From contig CAXBQP010000019.1 in assembly GCA_963978095.1 (NCBI GenBank), positions 1 through 50,339 of the forward strand: a DNA stretch of 50,339 nucleotides, in the 5' to 3' direction. The notes beneath the pieces are model-generated. The model saw nothing but the letters and a program-made list of their open reading frames with translations, was not told the DNA's origin and did not search any database. Shown here in pieces: positions 1 through 6,571 of this stretch. The first letter of the stretch is position 1. Each line of letters begins with the position of its first letter. Source of the stretch: an uncultured bacterium (GTDB taxonomy: Bacteria; Gemmatimonadota; Gemmatimonadetes; Gemmatimonadales; Gemmatimonadaceae). Made by a program: the position numbers and the translations under genes.

Positions 1-456
1 CATCACGTACCCTACCGCGATGGAGGCAAGCACCATCACCGCCGAAATGATTTGCGTGACAATCGAACCTCCCACCTTGTCGGAAATCCAGCCTCCGATC
101 GGCCGCACCGCCGCACCGATAAAAGGGCCAATCCAGGCATAGGTGAGCGCTGAAGGCGCCTGCGGATTCTTCAGTGTGTGCTGCATCACGCCGGCAGCAT
201 CGGGGACGTGGCTGATGCCGAATATCACCGTGATCGCGAGCGGCAGCGCCATGGAAAAGCCGATGAACGAGCCGAACGTCCCGATGTACAGGAAAGCGAT
301 GCTCCAGGTGTCCGGCTCGGTCAGGATGGCACGCATCGCCCCGGAGTCGATTCGGTGCTGTGCAAGGTTGTTCATGAACAAAGCGGCACCGATCGCGGCG
401 ACGAGATCGGCCTGCGTGGCGTCGAAGCTCAGGTTTCCTACAAAAATATTAGTCAT
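1..456 (-). CDS. Partial, probably chimeric ORF: RRM RNA-binding protein N-terminus (~18 aa) joined in frame to the central part of a NarK-type nitrate/nitrite MFS transporter; runs off the window
   Basis: Manual translation from ATG at 456: MTNIFVGNLSFDATQADL (RNP-2 motif IFVGNL), then ...FMNNL...TWSIAFLYIGTFGSFIGFS...VRPIGGWISDKVGG (NarK motifs). GAGGAGG-type RBS upstream. Absent from the ORF track because there is no stop inside the window. Confidence 0.75.
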   Translation of the reverse strand, partial: MTNIFVGNLSFDATQADLVAAIGAALFMNNLAQHRIDSGAMRAILTEPDTWSIAFLYIGTFGSFIGFSMALPLAITVIFGISHVPDAAGVMQHTLKNPQAPSALTYAWIGPFIGAAVRPIGGWISDKVGGSIVTQIISAVMVLASIAVGYVM

Positions 457-674
457 GCCGTTGTCCCTCCTCAGGGGTAAATTCTCAAGTACCCAACTGG
501 CAGAAACGAAGCGGCAGGTAGGAGCCGGAGTCGCAAGAACCGATGGGACGTACACCTGGAGTGTAGCAGCTTTCCCTAGCGGTCGTCGCGGGCGGTCCAG
601 TGCACTTCTCCCTGAACGCGCAGCAACGGTGTACCCGAACAGGTGTAGGATGACGGAAGCGGAGGGGATCCGAA

Positions 675-1064
675 GTGAATTCCGAAACAGCTGCGTATAT
701 CGCGAAACACAATCCTGGCGATCAGGCGATCTGCCGGCTGCTGGCGGAAGAGATCGACCGCGCGATCAATGGTGCGGAGAATAAACTCTGGCACGGCCAT
801 CCGGTATGGTTCCTTGAAGGGAACCCGATCGTGGGATTCAGCAAGCTGAAAGACTGCATCCGGTTGCTCTTCTGGAGCGGGCAGTCGTTCACGACGCCGG
901 GGCTCGCGGTCGAAGGGAGCTTCAAGGCCGCCGAGGTGCGCTACACCGATGTGGCGCAGGTGAAGGTCACGCCGCTGCGCCGCTGGCTGCGCGAGGCGCG
1001 CACCATCCAGTGGGACTACAAGAACATCGTGAAGCGGAAGGGGAAGTTGGAGCGACTGAAATGA
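675..1064 (+). CDS. DUF1801 (YdhG-like) domain protein
   Basis: KLWHGHPVWFLEGNPIVGFSKLK...LLFWSGQSF...FKAAEVRY...WDYKNIVKRKG pattern; GGAGG upstream of the GTG. Confidence 0.85.
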   Translation: MNSETAAYIAKHNPGDQAICRLLAEEIDRAINGAENKLWHGHPVWFLEGNPIVGFSKLKDCIRLLFWSGQSFTTPGLAVEGSFKAAEVRYTDVAQVKVTPLRRWLREARTIQWDYKNIVKRKGKLERLK

Positions 1065-1585
1065 TGCGGCGTGCGCGGCGCGTCCTCTGCGCACTCGTGT
1101 TCATCGCCGGCTCACTCCACGCCCAGCGCGCCCCCGTCCTCGGCACCTGGAACGGACGCTCCGTCTGCACCATCCCGAGTTCGCCGTGCACCACCGAGTC
1201 GGTGGTGTACGACATCCTCCCCGACACGCGCGCCAAGCACTACCCCGCGCGCCTCGTCATGAACGCCGACAAGATCGTGAACGGCGCGCGCGAGTTCATG
1301 GGGACGCTCGACTGCTACTGGAAGGCGCCGGCCACCATGACCTGCCCGATGCCCGGGCGCGGCCTGTGGGAGTTCGCCCTGCACGGCGACACGCTCACGG
1401 GGACGCTCGTGCTGACCGATGGGCGGCTGTATCGCCGCATCGAGGTGGTGCGGCAGCGCGCCACATCGCGCACCGAACATGAATCGGTCCGAGTGCTCGC
1501 CATCTCCCCCGGCATCACCGCCACCATCGTCGCCCCGCAGACGCGCGCACTCCGCACACGCGGGATCGCGGGGGCGGTAAAATGA
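1061..1585 (+). CDS. Exported hypothetical beta-rich protein with four Cys; C-terminal ~35 aa come from a duplicated fragment of the downstream hydrolase gene
   Basis: ATGA overlap with the upstream stop; signal peptide MMRRARRVLCALVFIAGSLHA; GTWNG motif. Confidence 0.7.
   Translation: MMRRARRVLCALVFIAGSLHAQRAPVLGTWNGRSVCTIPSSPCTTESVVYDILPDTRAKHYPARLVMNADKIVNGAREFMGTLDCYWKAPATMTCPMPGRGLWEFALHGDTLTGTLVLTDGRLYRRIEVVRQRATSRTEHESVRVLAISPGITATIVAPQTRALRTRGIAGAVK
1481..1578 (+). repeat. Diverged, internally deleted copy of 2603-2835
   Basis: 1481-1538 aligns with 2603-2660 (1506-1538 identical over 33 bp); 1536-1578 aligns with 2793-2835. Confidence 0.9.
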
Positions 1586-1728
1586 CTTGATTCGATGTGT
1601 TGTACAGCGTTCCCCCACGGCGATCCCGGCCGAAGGAATGAATCGCTTCGCCCGCAACGGAACGTGTTGGTGGGTGCACGGGGAATGACGAGTGTGTGGA
1701 GACGGCAGGTGGCCGAATCGGGGGCCGC

Positions 1729-1757
1729 TTCCAAACCATACTACTCAGTAGTACACT
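1729..1757 (+). promoter_or_regulatory. Candidate sigma70 promoter (TTCCAA-N17-TACACT) with overlapping operator TACTACT-C-AGTAGTA (1739-1753)
   Basis: Perfect 7-bp inverted repeat in the promoter spacer immediately upstream of the toxin gene. Confidence 0.6.
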
Positions 1758-1758
1758 C

Positions 1759-2121
1759 ATGGAACGTCCTCCGCTGGTCCACTTCATCCATACGGCCGCG
1801 TTCGAGAAGGCGGCGCAGGCGGCAGCGTTCACCGATGCGGAGTTGCGCGCGCTGCAGTTGGTGTTGATGCGGAATCCGGACGCGGGAGATCAGGTGCCAG
1901 GTGCGGGTGGTGTGCGGAAGGTTCGCGTTCCGCATCCGCAGCGAGGGAAGGGCACCCGAGGAGGATTGCGCGTGATCTACTATGTCGTCTCCGCCCGAGC
2001 GACGGTCTATCTGCTGTATCTGTTCTCGAAGGGCGAGTTCGACGATGTGAGTGAGGAAGGCAAACGACTGTTCAAGGCACTGACGGCGCGATTGGATCGG
2101 GATCCCGGCCCTTCCCGTTGA
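1759..2121 (+). CDS. RelE/HigB2-like type II toxin
   Basis: NPDAGDQVPGAGGVRKVR...GKGTRGGLRVIYY...LLYLFSKGEFDD motifs; toxin-first order. Confidence 0.9.
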   Translation: MERPPLVHFIHTAAFEKAAQAAAFTDAELRALQLVLMRNPDAGDQVPGAGGVRKVRVPHPQRGKGTRGGLRVIYYVVSARATVYLLYLFSKGEFDDVSEEGKRLFKALTARLDRDPGPSR

Positions 2122-2141
2122 TCGTGCGAGGAGACATCCAG

Positions 2142-2498
2142 TTGAGCAAGACCATCGAACACGAAGTCCTCGGCGCCCTTCGGGAGGCCGTGGCGATCCA
2201 CGAGGGCGAAGCGAAGCCCGCGCGCGCGTACACGATCTTCAACGCGCGGCGCCTCCCTGCGCGCCCGGCGCCGATCCCCTCGGCGGCTCGCATCGTCGCG
2301 CTGCGGCGTCGATTGCGATGCTCGCAACCGGCGTTCGCGTCGCTGCTCAATGTGTCGGCCCCGACGGTGCGCGCGTGGGAGCAGAACCTGCGGCGTCCGC
2401 ATGGAGCGGCGGCGCGACTCCTTCAACTACTGGCGGCCAAGCCCACGGTGGTGCAGGATGTGCTCCTGTCCCCCGAATCCCGTCGCGCCATCCGGTGA
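2142..2498 (+). CDS. HigA-like XRE/HTH antitoxin
   Basis: SQPAFASLLNVSAPTVRAWEQNLRRPHGAAARLL helix-turn-helix; TTG start after GAGGAGA RBS. Confidence 0.9.
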   Translation: MSKTIEHEVLGALREAVAIHEGEAKPARAYTIFNARRLPARPAPIPSAARIVALRRRLRCSQPAFASLLNVSAPTVRAWEQNLRRPHGAAARLLQLLAAKPTVVQDVLLSPESRRAIR

Positions 2499-3493
2499 CC
2501 ACCCCCTCCACCTACCTCGGGGTCGTCGCGACGGCACTCACTGCGCTGCTCATTGGCACGCGCGTCGACGCGCAACGGGCAGGCGCGGCATCGTCGCCCG
2601 ACGAATCTGTCCGCGTCCTCACCATCACCCCCGGCATCACCGCCACCATCGTCGCCCCGCTCCCCGCACGCACGCCGGTCGACCTCATCTTCTACGCCCT
2701 CCCCAACGGCAACTCCACCGCCGAGACGATGGGCCGCGCCCTCCGCGCCGACAGCTCCGTGGGATGGCGCTACGACATCCAGCACATCGCCGCGCAGACG
2801 CGCGCGCTCCGCACGCGCGGGCTCCCGGGGGCGGTGGTCGTCTATCTCGAAGCCGACGGCAAGAGCTGGCCCGCCTGGCGCGCCAAACTCGGCTACCCCG
2901 CCGCCAACGCGCGCCTCGTCGCCGTGCTCGACTCGCTCCGCCACCTACTCGGCGACCCGCCGCACGTGACGCTCACGGGGCACAGCGGGGGCGGGTCGCT
3001 GATGTTCGGCTTTCTCGAGGGCCAGAGCGCGATTCCATCCTGGCTCGAACGCATCGCCTTCCTCGATGCCGTCTACAACTTCGACGGCGCCACGCACAGC
3101 GCGAAGCTGCTCGACTGGCTGCACGGCGACCCGAAGCGGATGCTCGTCTCGCTCGCCTACGACGACCGCGAGATCATGCTCGACGGCAAGAAGGTCGTCT
3201 CCGATTCCGGCGGCACCTGGCGCGCCACGGATCGGATGCTTCGAGCTTTCACTGCCGCGGGTGTCCCGCTCGTGCGGGACACACTCGGCGCTTTTGAGCG
3301 GCATCGCGCGCCGCAGATGGAGATCCTCCGGCATCCGAATCCGCAGAACCGGATCCTGCATACCGAGATGATCGGGGAGATGAACGGGTATATGCACGCG
3401 CTGCTGACAGGACGGGCGGGGTATGGGGAAGCCGTCGCGGTGCTGCGGCCGGTGCGGATGTACTCGGCGTTCGTGCGGGATTCGGTGCCCTGA
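2495..3493 (+). CDS. Exported alpha/beta-hydrolase fold protein
   Basis: GTGA overlap; signal peptide; nucleophile elbow TLTGHSGGGS; IAFLDA. Confidence 0.75.
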   Translation: MTTPSTYLGVVATALTALLIGTRVDAQRAGAASSPDESVRVLTITPGITATIVAPLPARTPVDLIFYALPNGNSTAETMGRALRADSSVGWRYDIQHIAAQTRALRTRGLPGAVVVYLEADGKSWPAWRAKLGYPAANARLVAVLDSLRHLLGDPPHVTLTGHSGGGSLMFGFLEGQSAIPSWLERIAFLDAVYNFDGATHSAKLLDWLHGDPKRMLVSLAYDDREIMLDGKKVVSDSGGTWRATDRMLRAFTAAGVPLVRDTLGAFERHRAPQMEILRHPNPQNRILHTEMIGEMNGYMHALLTGRAGYGEAVAVLRPVRMYSAFVRDSVP

Positions 3494-3531
3494 GCGTGTT
3501 GCGCCGCCATACCAGAGCGCCGGCTGACCGG

Positions 3532-3575
3532 TTTACTCAGGATATTGAGTATTTTTGCTCGATATCTTGAGTAAA
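3532..3575. repeat. AT-rich 20-bp inverted repeat with 4-nt loop
   Basis: TTTACTCAGGATATTGAGTA-TTTT-TGCTCGATATCTTGAGTAAA; 17 Watson-Crick pairs plus 3 G-T pairs. Confidence 0.85.
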
Positions 3576-3579
3576 TCCG

Positions 3580-3628
3580 AAATGTTGGGACTTGCGAATA
3601 TGTATCAACATTTAGTAACATTCTCGGC
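3580..3628 (+). promoter_or_regulatory. Promoter for a probably leaderless abiEi-like transcript, with operator-like inverted repeat
   Basis: TTGCGA(3592)-N18-TAACAT(3616)-N7-ATG; AAATGTTG...CAACATTT inverted repeat spans the -35; no SD before the ATG. Confidence 0.6.
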
Positions 3629-4240
3629 ATGAGCCGCACCACCCCTTCCGCCGAGAGCCGCGCCATCCGACTGCTGGAACAGCAGGGGATGGCGCGTCCA
3701 CGCGACCTGGAGCGCCACGGCATCCATCGCGCGCAGCTCCAGCGACTGGTGGCCGAAGGACTGCTGGAGCGGCTCTCGCGCGGCATCTACGCTCTCGTGG
3801 AGCGCGAACACTCCGGGGATCTCACGCTGGCCATCGTCGCTCGGCGCGTGCCGGACGGCATCATATGCCTGCTCACCGCGCTCCGACTGCACGGCCTCAC
3901 CACGCAGCTGCCCCACGAGGTTTGGATCGCGCTCCCCGAGACTGCCCGCAAGCCGCAACTCGACTACCCCAAGCTGCGCGTGGCGCGCTTCTCCGGCGCG
4001 GCGCTCACCGAGGGCGTCGAAACGCGCCGGATCGATGGCGTGGAGGTGCGCCTGTACTCCGCCGCCAAGACCGTCGCCGATTGCTTCAAGTACCGCCACA
4101 AGATCGGCACGGATGTCGCCGTGGAAGCGCTCCGGGACTATCTCCGGCTGCATCGCGGCGGAGCGACCGCGCTCGCGCATTTCGCGCGGGTGTGTCGAGT
4201 GGCGCGCGTGATGCAGCCGTACCTGGAGGCGATGCTGTGA
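3629..4240 (+). CDS. AbiEi-family (type IV TA) antitoxin / transcriptional regulator
   Basis: N-terminal wHTH (LQRLVAEGLLERLSRGIY), ICLLTALRLHGLTTQLPHEVWIA, YSAAKTVADCFKYRHKIGTDVAVEAL. Confidence 0.9.
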   Translation: MSRTTPSAESRAIRLLEQQGMARPRDLERHGIHRAQLQRLVAEGLLERLSRGIYALVEREHSGDLTLAIVARRVPDGIICLLTALRLHGLTTQLPHEVWIALPETARKPQLDYPKLRVARFSGAALTEGVETRRIDGVEVRLYSAAKTVADCFKYRHKIGTDVAVEALRDYLRLHRGGATALAHFARVCRVARVMQPYLEAML

Positions 4241-4326
4241 CCGCCTCGGCCAATCTTCAGGCGGCGGACCCCATCGCGCAACGTTCCCTTTTGCCCCGCT
4301 CCAGAACGCGCGAGGTTGGGGAATGA
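4237..4326 (+). pseudogene. 29-aa stub ORF in the position expected for the AbiEii toxin
   Basis: GTGA-coupled to abiEi and ATGA-coupled to the next gene; MTASANLQAADPIAQRSLLPRSRTREVGE. Confidence 0.4.
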
Positions 4327-4535
4327 CCCCGAACGCCCTCCTCGACGAGATCCTGCGCCTGCCGCCGGAACAGCGGATGCGGCTGATGGAGGAGGTGTGG
4401 AACAGTCTCTCCGCGTGGCCCGAGGCGGTCGGAGTGCCGGACTGGCATCGCGAGGAACTCGACAGCCGAGTCGCTGAATCGGGGGCGCTCTCCTGGTCGG
4501 AAGTGCAGGAGTGCGCGCGGCGCACGGTCGCGTGA
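4323..4535 (+). CDS. Putative addiction module antitoxin (TIGR02574-like)
   Basis: ILRLPPEQRMRLMEEVWNSL...VPDWHREELDSR...SWSEV signature. Confidence 0.85.
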   Translation: MTPNALLDEILRLPPEQRMRLMEEVWNSLSAWPEAVGVPDWHREELDSRVAESGALSWSEVQECARRTVA

Positions 4536-4597
4536 ACCGACCGCTCGCTGTCGCAAGGCGAGCGGCCACGACGTTCGTGCGAGGTTCATTCCAGTGA
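4532..4597 (+). pseudogene. 21-aa stub ORF in the position expected for a RelE/ParE toxin
   Basis: GTGA overlaps at both ends; MNRPLAVARRAATTFVRGSFQ; contains a GC-rich hairpin at 4541-4565. Confidence 0.35.
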
Positions 4598-5244
4598 GCA
4601 CTCCAGCCAGCAACGTCGGCGAGACGGAGTTCTATCGCGAACGCCGGCATCGGATCGTCGACGGCGCGGCGCTGATCGGATTCCTGATCGGCTTTCTTGG
4701 GTCGGCCCCGCTCGCGTGGATGCGCCTCTCCACCGACTGGGTCGCGGGCGCCATCACTCGCAGTCTCGCGATCTTCATTGCGACGACGCTCGGCGCGGGG
4801 GTGCTCCTGGGGCTCGTCGCTTCACTCGTCGGTCGCGTGGTCGCCAATAGATGGATTCGCAAGCACGCGAAGACCCGGATGTACGAAGAGGACAGGCCGG
4901 CGTCGGCCGAGATCTCCTCTGGCAACGCGGATCGCGTGTTCCTCGATGTCCACGTGGGTGTCGTGGACGGCGCGGCGTACCACGATCTTCTGCAGCGATG
5001 TGGCGTCGCCACGGGCGACCTCGCGGCGTTCGATTCGGCGTTGCGGACGACCATCAATGTGTCGGTGCAGATGGGTGACCGCGTGGTGGGCCTCGCTCGA
5101 ATCTTCAGCGACGGAGTGCGGTGCGTGGCGGTGGTCGAGGAGATTGCCGATCCAGCGCATCCGTGGGTACGAGGCCAGCTACGGGCGGCCGCGCGGCAGC
5201 AACAGCGGTCGCTCTTGGCCGATGGCGCAATGCACGAGGGCTAA
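4594..5244 (+). CDS. Hypothetical membrane protein, two TM helices plus a degenerate GNAT-like C-terminal region
   Basis: Two hydrophobic segments, then GDRVVGLARIFSDGVRCVAVVEEIADP resembling GNAT strands, without an R/QxxGxG motif. Confidence 0.55.
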   Translation: MSTPASNVGETEFYRERRHRIVDGAALIGFLIGFLGSAPLAWMRLSTDWVAGAITRSLAIFIATTLGAGVLLGLVASLVGRVVANRWIRKHAKTRMYEEDRPASAEISSGNADRVFLDVHVGVVDGAAYHDLLQRCGVATGDLAAFDSALRTTINVSVQMGDRVVGLARIFSDGVRCVAVVEEIADPAHPWVRGQLRAAARQQQRSLLADGAMHEG

Positions 5245-5948
5245 CCCGCGAGACGCCCCAGGATCGTGAGCGCCTCTGCGGCGAGCTCCTCGGCCGTATC
5301 GGGTGGGATCGGACGGCGATCGGCGAAGTGGCTGGTCAGCGTGGACAACATCCCTGGATCGTTCAGGAGTGTGCCGGCGCGTGCGCGAACTTCGGTTCGG
5401 ATGTCAGAAGCGCGCGTGGCCACATCCGCTTCGAGGTCACCGGCCACCGCCAGGACGGCGATGTCCGCGAGATCCTTGCTCTCGAAGGGCTTGTCGGTGC
5501 CGCGATCCTGATACGCCGCACATTTCATCAGGAAGAGTCCGGTCGCGCTCACGTGGCGGATCGCCGGATGCCCGTCCATCGGCTGCGCGGTCTCGATCGC
5601 GATCGTATCGACGTGCGCGCCCGATGCTCCTGAGAAGTCACCCGCGAATGAGAGGTCGAACGTCTCGCCTTGTGATGTTCGCCAGCTTCCTTTGTGCTTG
5701 GCGTCCATGTTCAACGTGAACCCGGCCTTCGCGACTGCTGCCTCGACCTTCGCACTCTCAGTGTAGTTCACCGCGACACCGACGGCGTCGACGTCGTCCG
5801 TCATCCGCGGGGAGTAGAATCGGCCATCCACGTCTACCACGAGCGGCAGTACGGTTCCGCCGATGAACACCAGATGCTCACGGACCGACGCGAGCGCGGT
5901 CGCCACCGCGACGATGCGTGCTTCCGCGAGGCGTCGCTCTTCGCCCAT
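5241..5948 (-). CDS. AbiEii/DUF1814-like nucleotidyltransferase (putative toxin)
   Basis: VFIGG...RMTDDVD (GG...RxTxDxD) and KCAAYQDR...KDLADI motifs. Confidence 0.8.
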   Translation of the reverse strand: MGEERRLAEARIVAVATALASVREHLVFIGGTVLPLVVDVDGRFYSPRMTDDVDAVGVAVNYTESAKVEAAVAKAGFTLNMDAKHKGSWRTSQGETFDLSFAGDFSGASGAHVDTIAIETAQPMDGHPAIRHVSATGLFLMKCAAYQDRGTDKPFESKDLADIAVLAVAGDLEADVATRASDIRTEVRARAGTLLNDPGMLSTLTSHFADRRPIPPDTAEELAAEALTILGRLAG

Positions 5949-6469
5949 CAGGCGCCCAGGTCCTTGAACGCGCGATGCATCGCCTTGCGTGCGAACTCGC
6001 GCTCGCGCGCATCTCCCATCCGCAGGGCATCGACGATGGCCAGCATGTGGTAGAGCACCGGGTCCCGATACGAGATCTCCGGTGCCGCTGCCACGAGCGG
6101 TGTCACGCCCACACCGCGCGCCTCGCCGAGCTTCGAGGGCCAGACGAGTGACAGCGCGGCAGAGAACGTATCGTAGCCGGCGACGTTCATCAGCGCTCGG
6201 AGGCCGGTGGCGACCCCGCGGGCCTCCGGAACGGTATCCGGCGCGAAGGCGTATGGCACGCCGTAGCAGAGCAGGTCGAGCGCCGGACCGTCGGCGACGA
6301 TCGCGAGCTGTTGGCGGGAATGATGCGCAAGCCGGTTCTGCACCAGGCGCATGACGCTCCCGTGCGCGGTGCTCTTGCTGATCCCTAGCCGTGCGGCCAT
6401 CTCGCCGTACGAGTCCCGTGGGTGGACTCGGAGGCTGAGGAGGCAGGGGATGTCAGTGGGTCTCAGCAT
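5948..6469 (-). CDS. wHTH domain protein, putative antitoxin/autoregulator of the NTase
   Basis: SYGEMAARLGISKSTAHGSVMRL HTH; C-terminal YGVPYAF...VWP...LAIVDALRMGDARE; 1-bp overlap with the NTase start. Confidence 0.8.
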   Translation of the reverse strand: MLRPTDIPCLLSLRVHPRDSYGEMAARLGISKSTAHGSVMRLVQNRLAHHSRQQLAIVADGPALDLLCYGVPYAFAPDTVPEARGVATGLRALMNVAGYDTFSAALSLVWPSKLGEARGVGVTPLVAAAPEISYRDPVLYHMLAIVDALRMGDAREREFARKAMHRAFKDLGA

Positions 6470-6563
6470 ATCGTTCTCCGTTCGCGAACGGAGAACAATA
6501 TGCGCTATAATATTAAATGTCAATACTTACAAAATTCGTTCTGTGTTCGCGAACGCAGAACGA
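6467..6563 (-). promoter_or_regulatory. sigma70 promoter flanked by two palindromic operators
   Basis: Minus-strand TTGACA(6523-6518)-N17-TATTGT(6500-6495); perfect 24-bp palindrome GTTCTCCGTTCGCGAACGGAGAAC (6473-6496); 28-bp palindrome with one mismatch TCGTTCTGTGTTCGCGAACGCAGAACGA (6536-6563). Confidence 0.85.
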
Positions 6564-6571
6564 GGCGAGGC

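Noticed and set aside
457..674. Riboswitch or ncRNA in the long leader
   Set aside because: No recognisable family motif, and the region may be chimeric; an Rfam/Infernal scan would be needed.
143..784. Plus-strand 213-aa ORF and the many other long overlapping ORFs (e.g. 9221-10966, 23524-25689, 48328-50286)
   Set aside because: Antisense or off-frame shadows of real genes, expected in high-GC DNA; no family motifs.
675..5244. Integron cassette array (co-oriented small genes and TA modules)
   Set aside because: No integrase, no repeated attC-like RYYYAAC...GTTRRRY elements seen, and the genes overlap by RTGA rather than being separated by sites.
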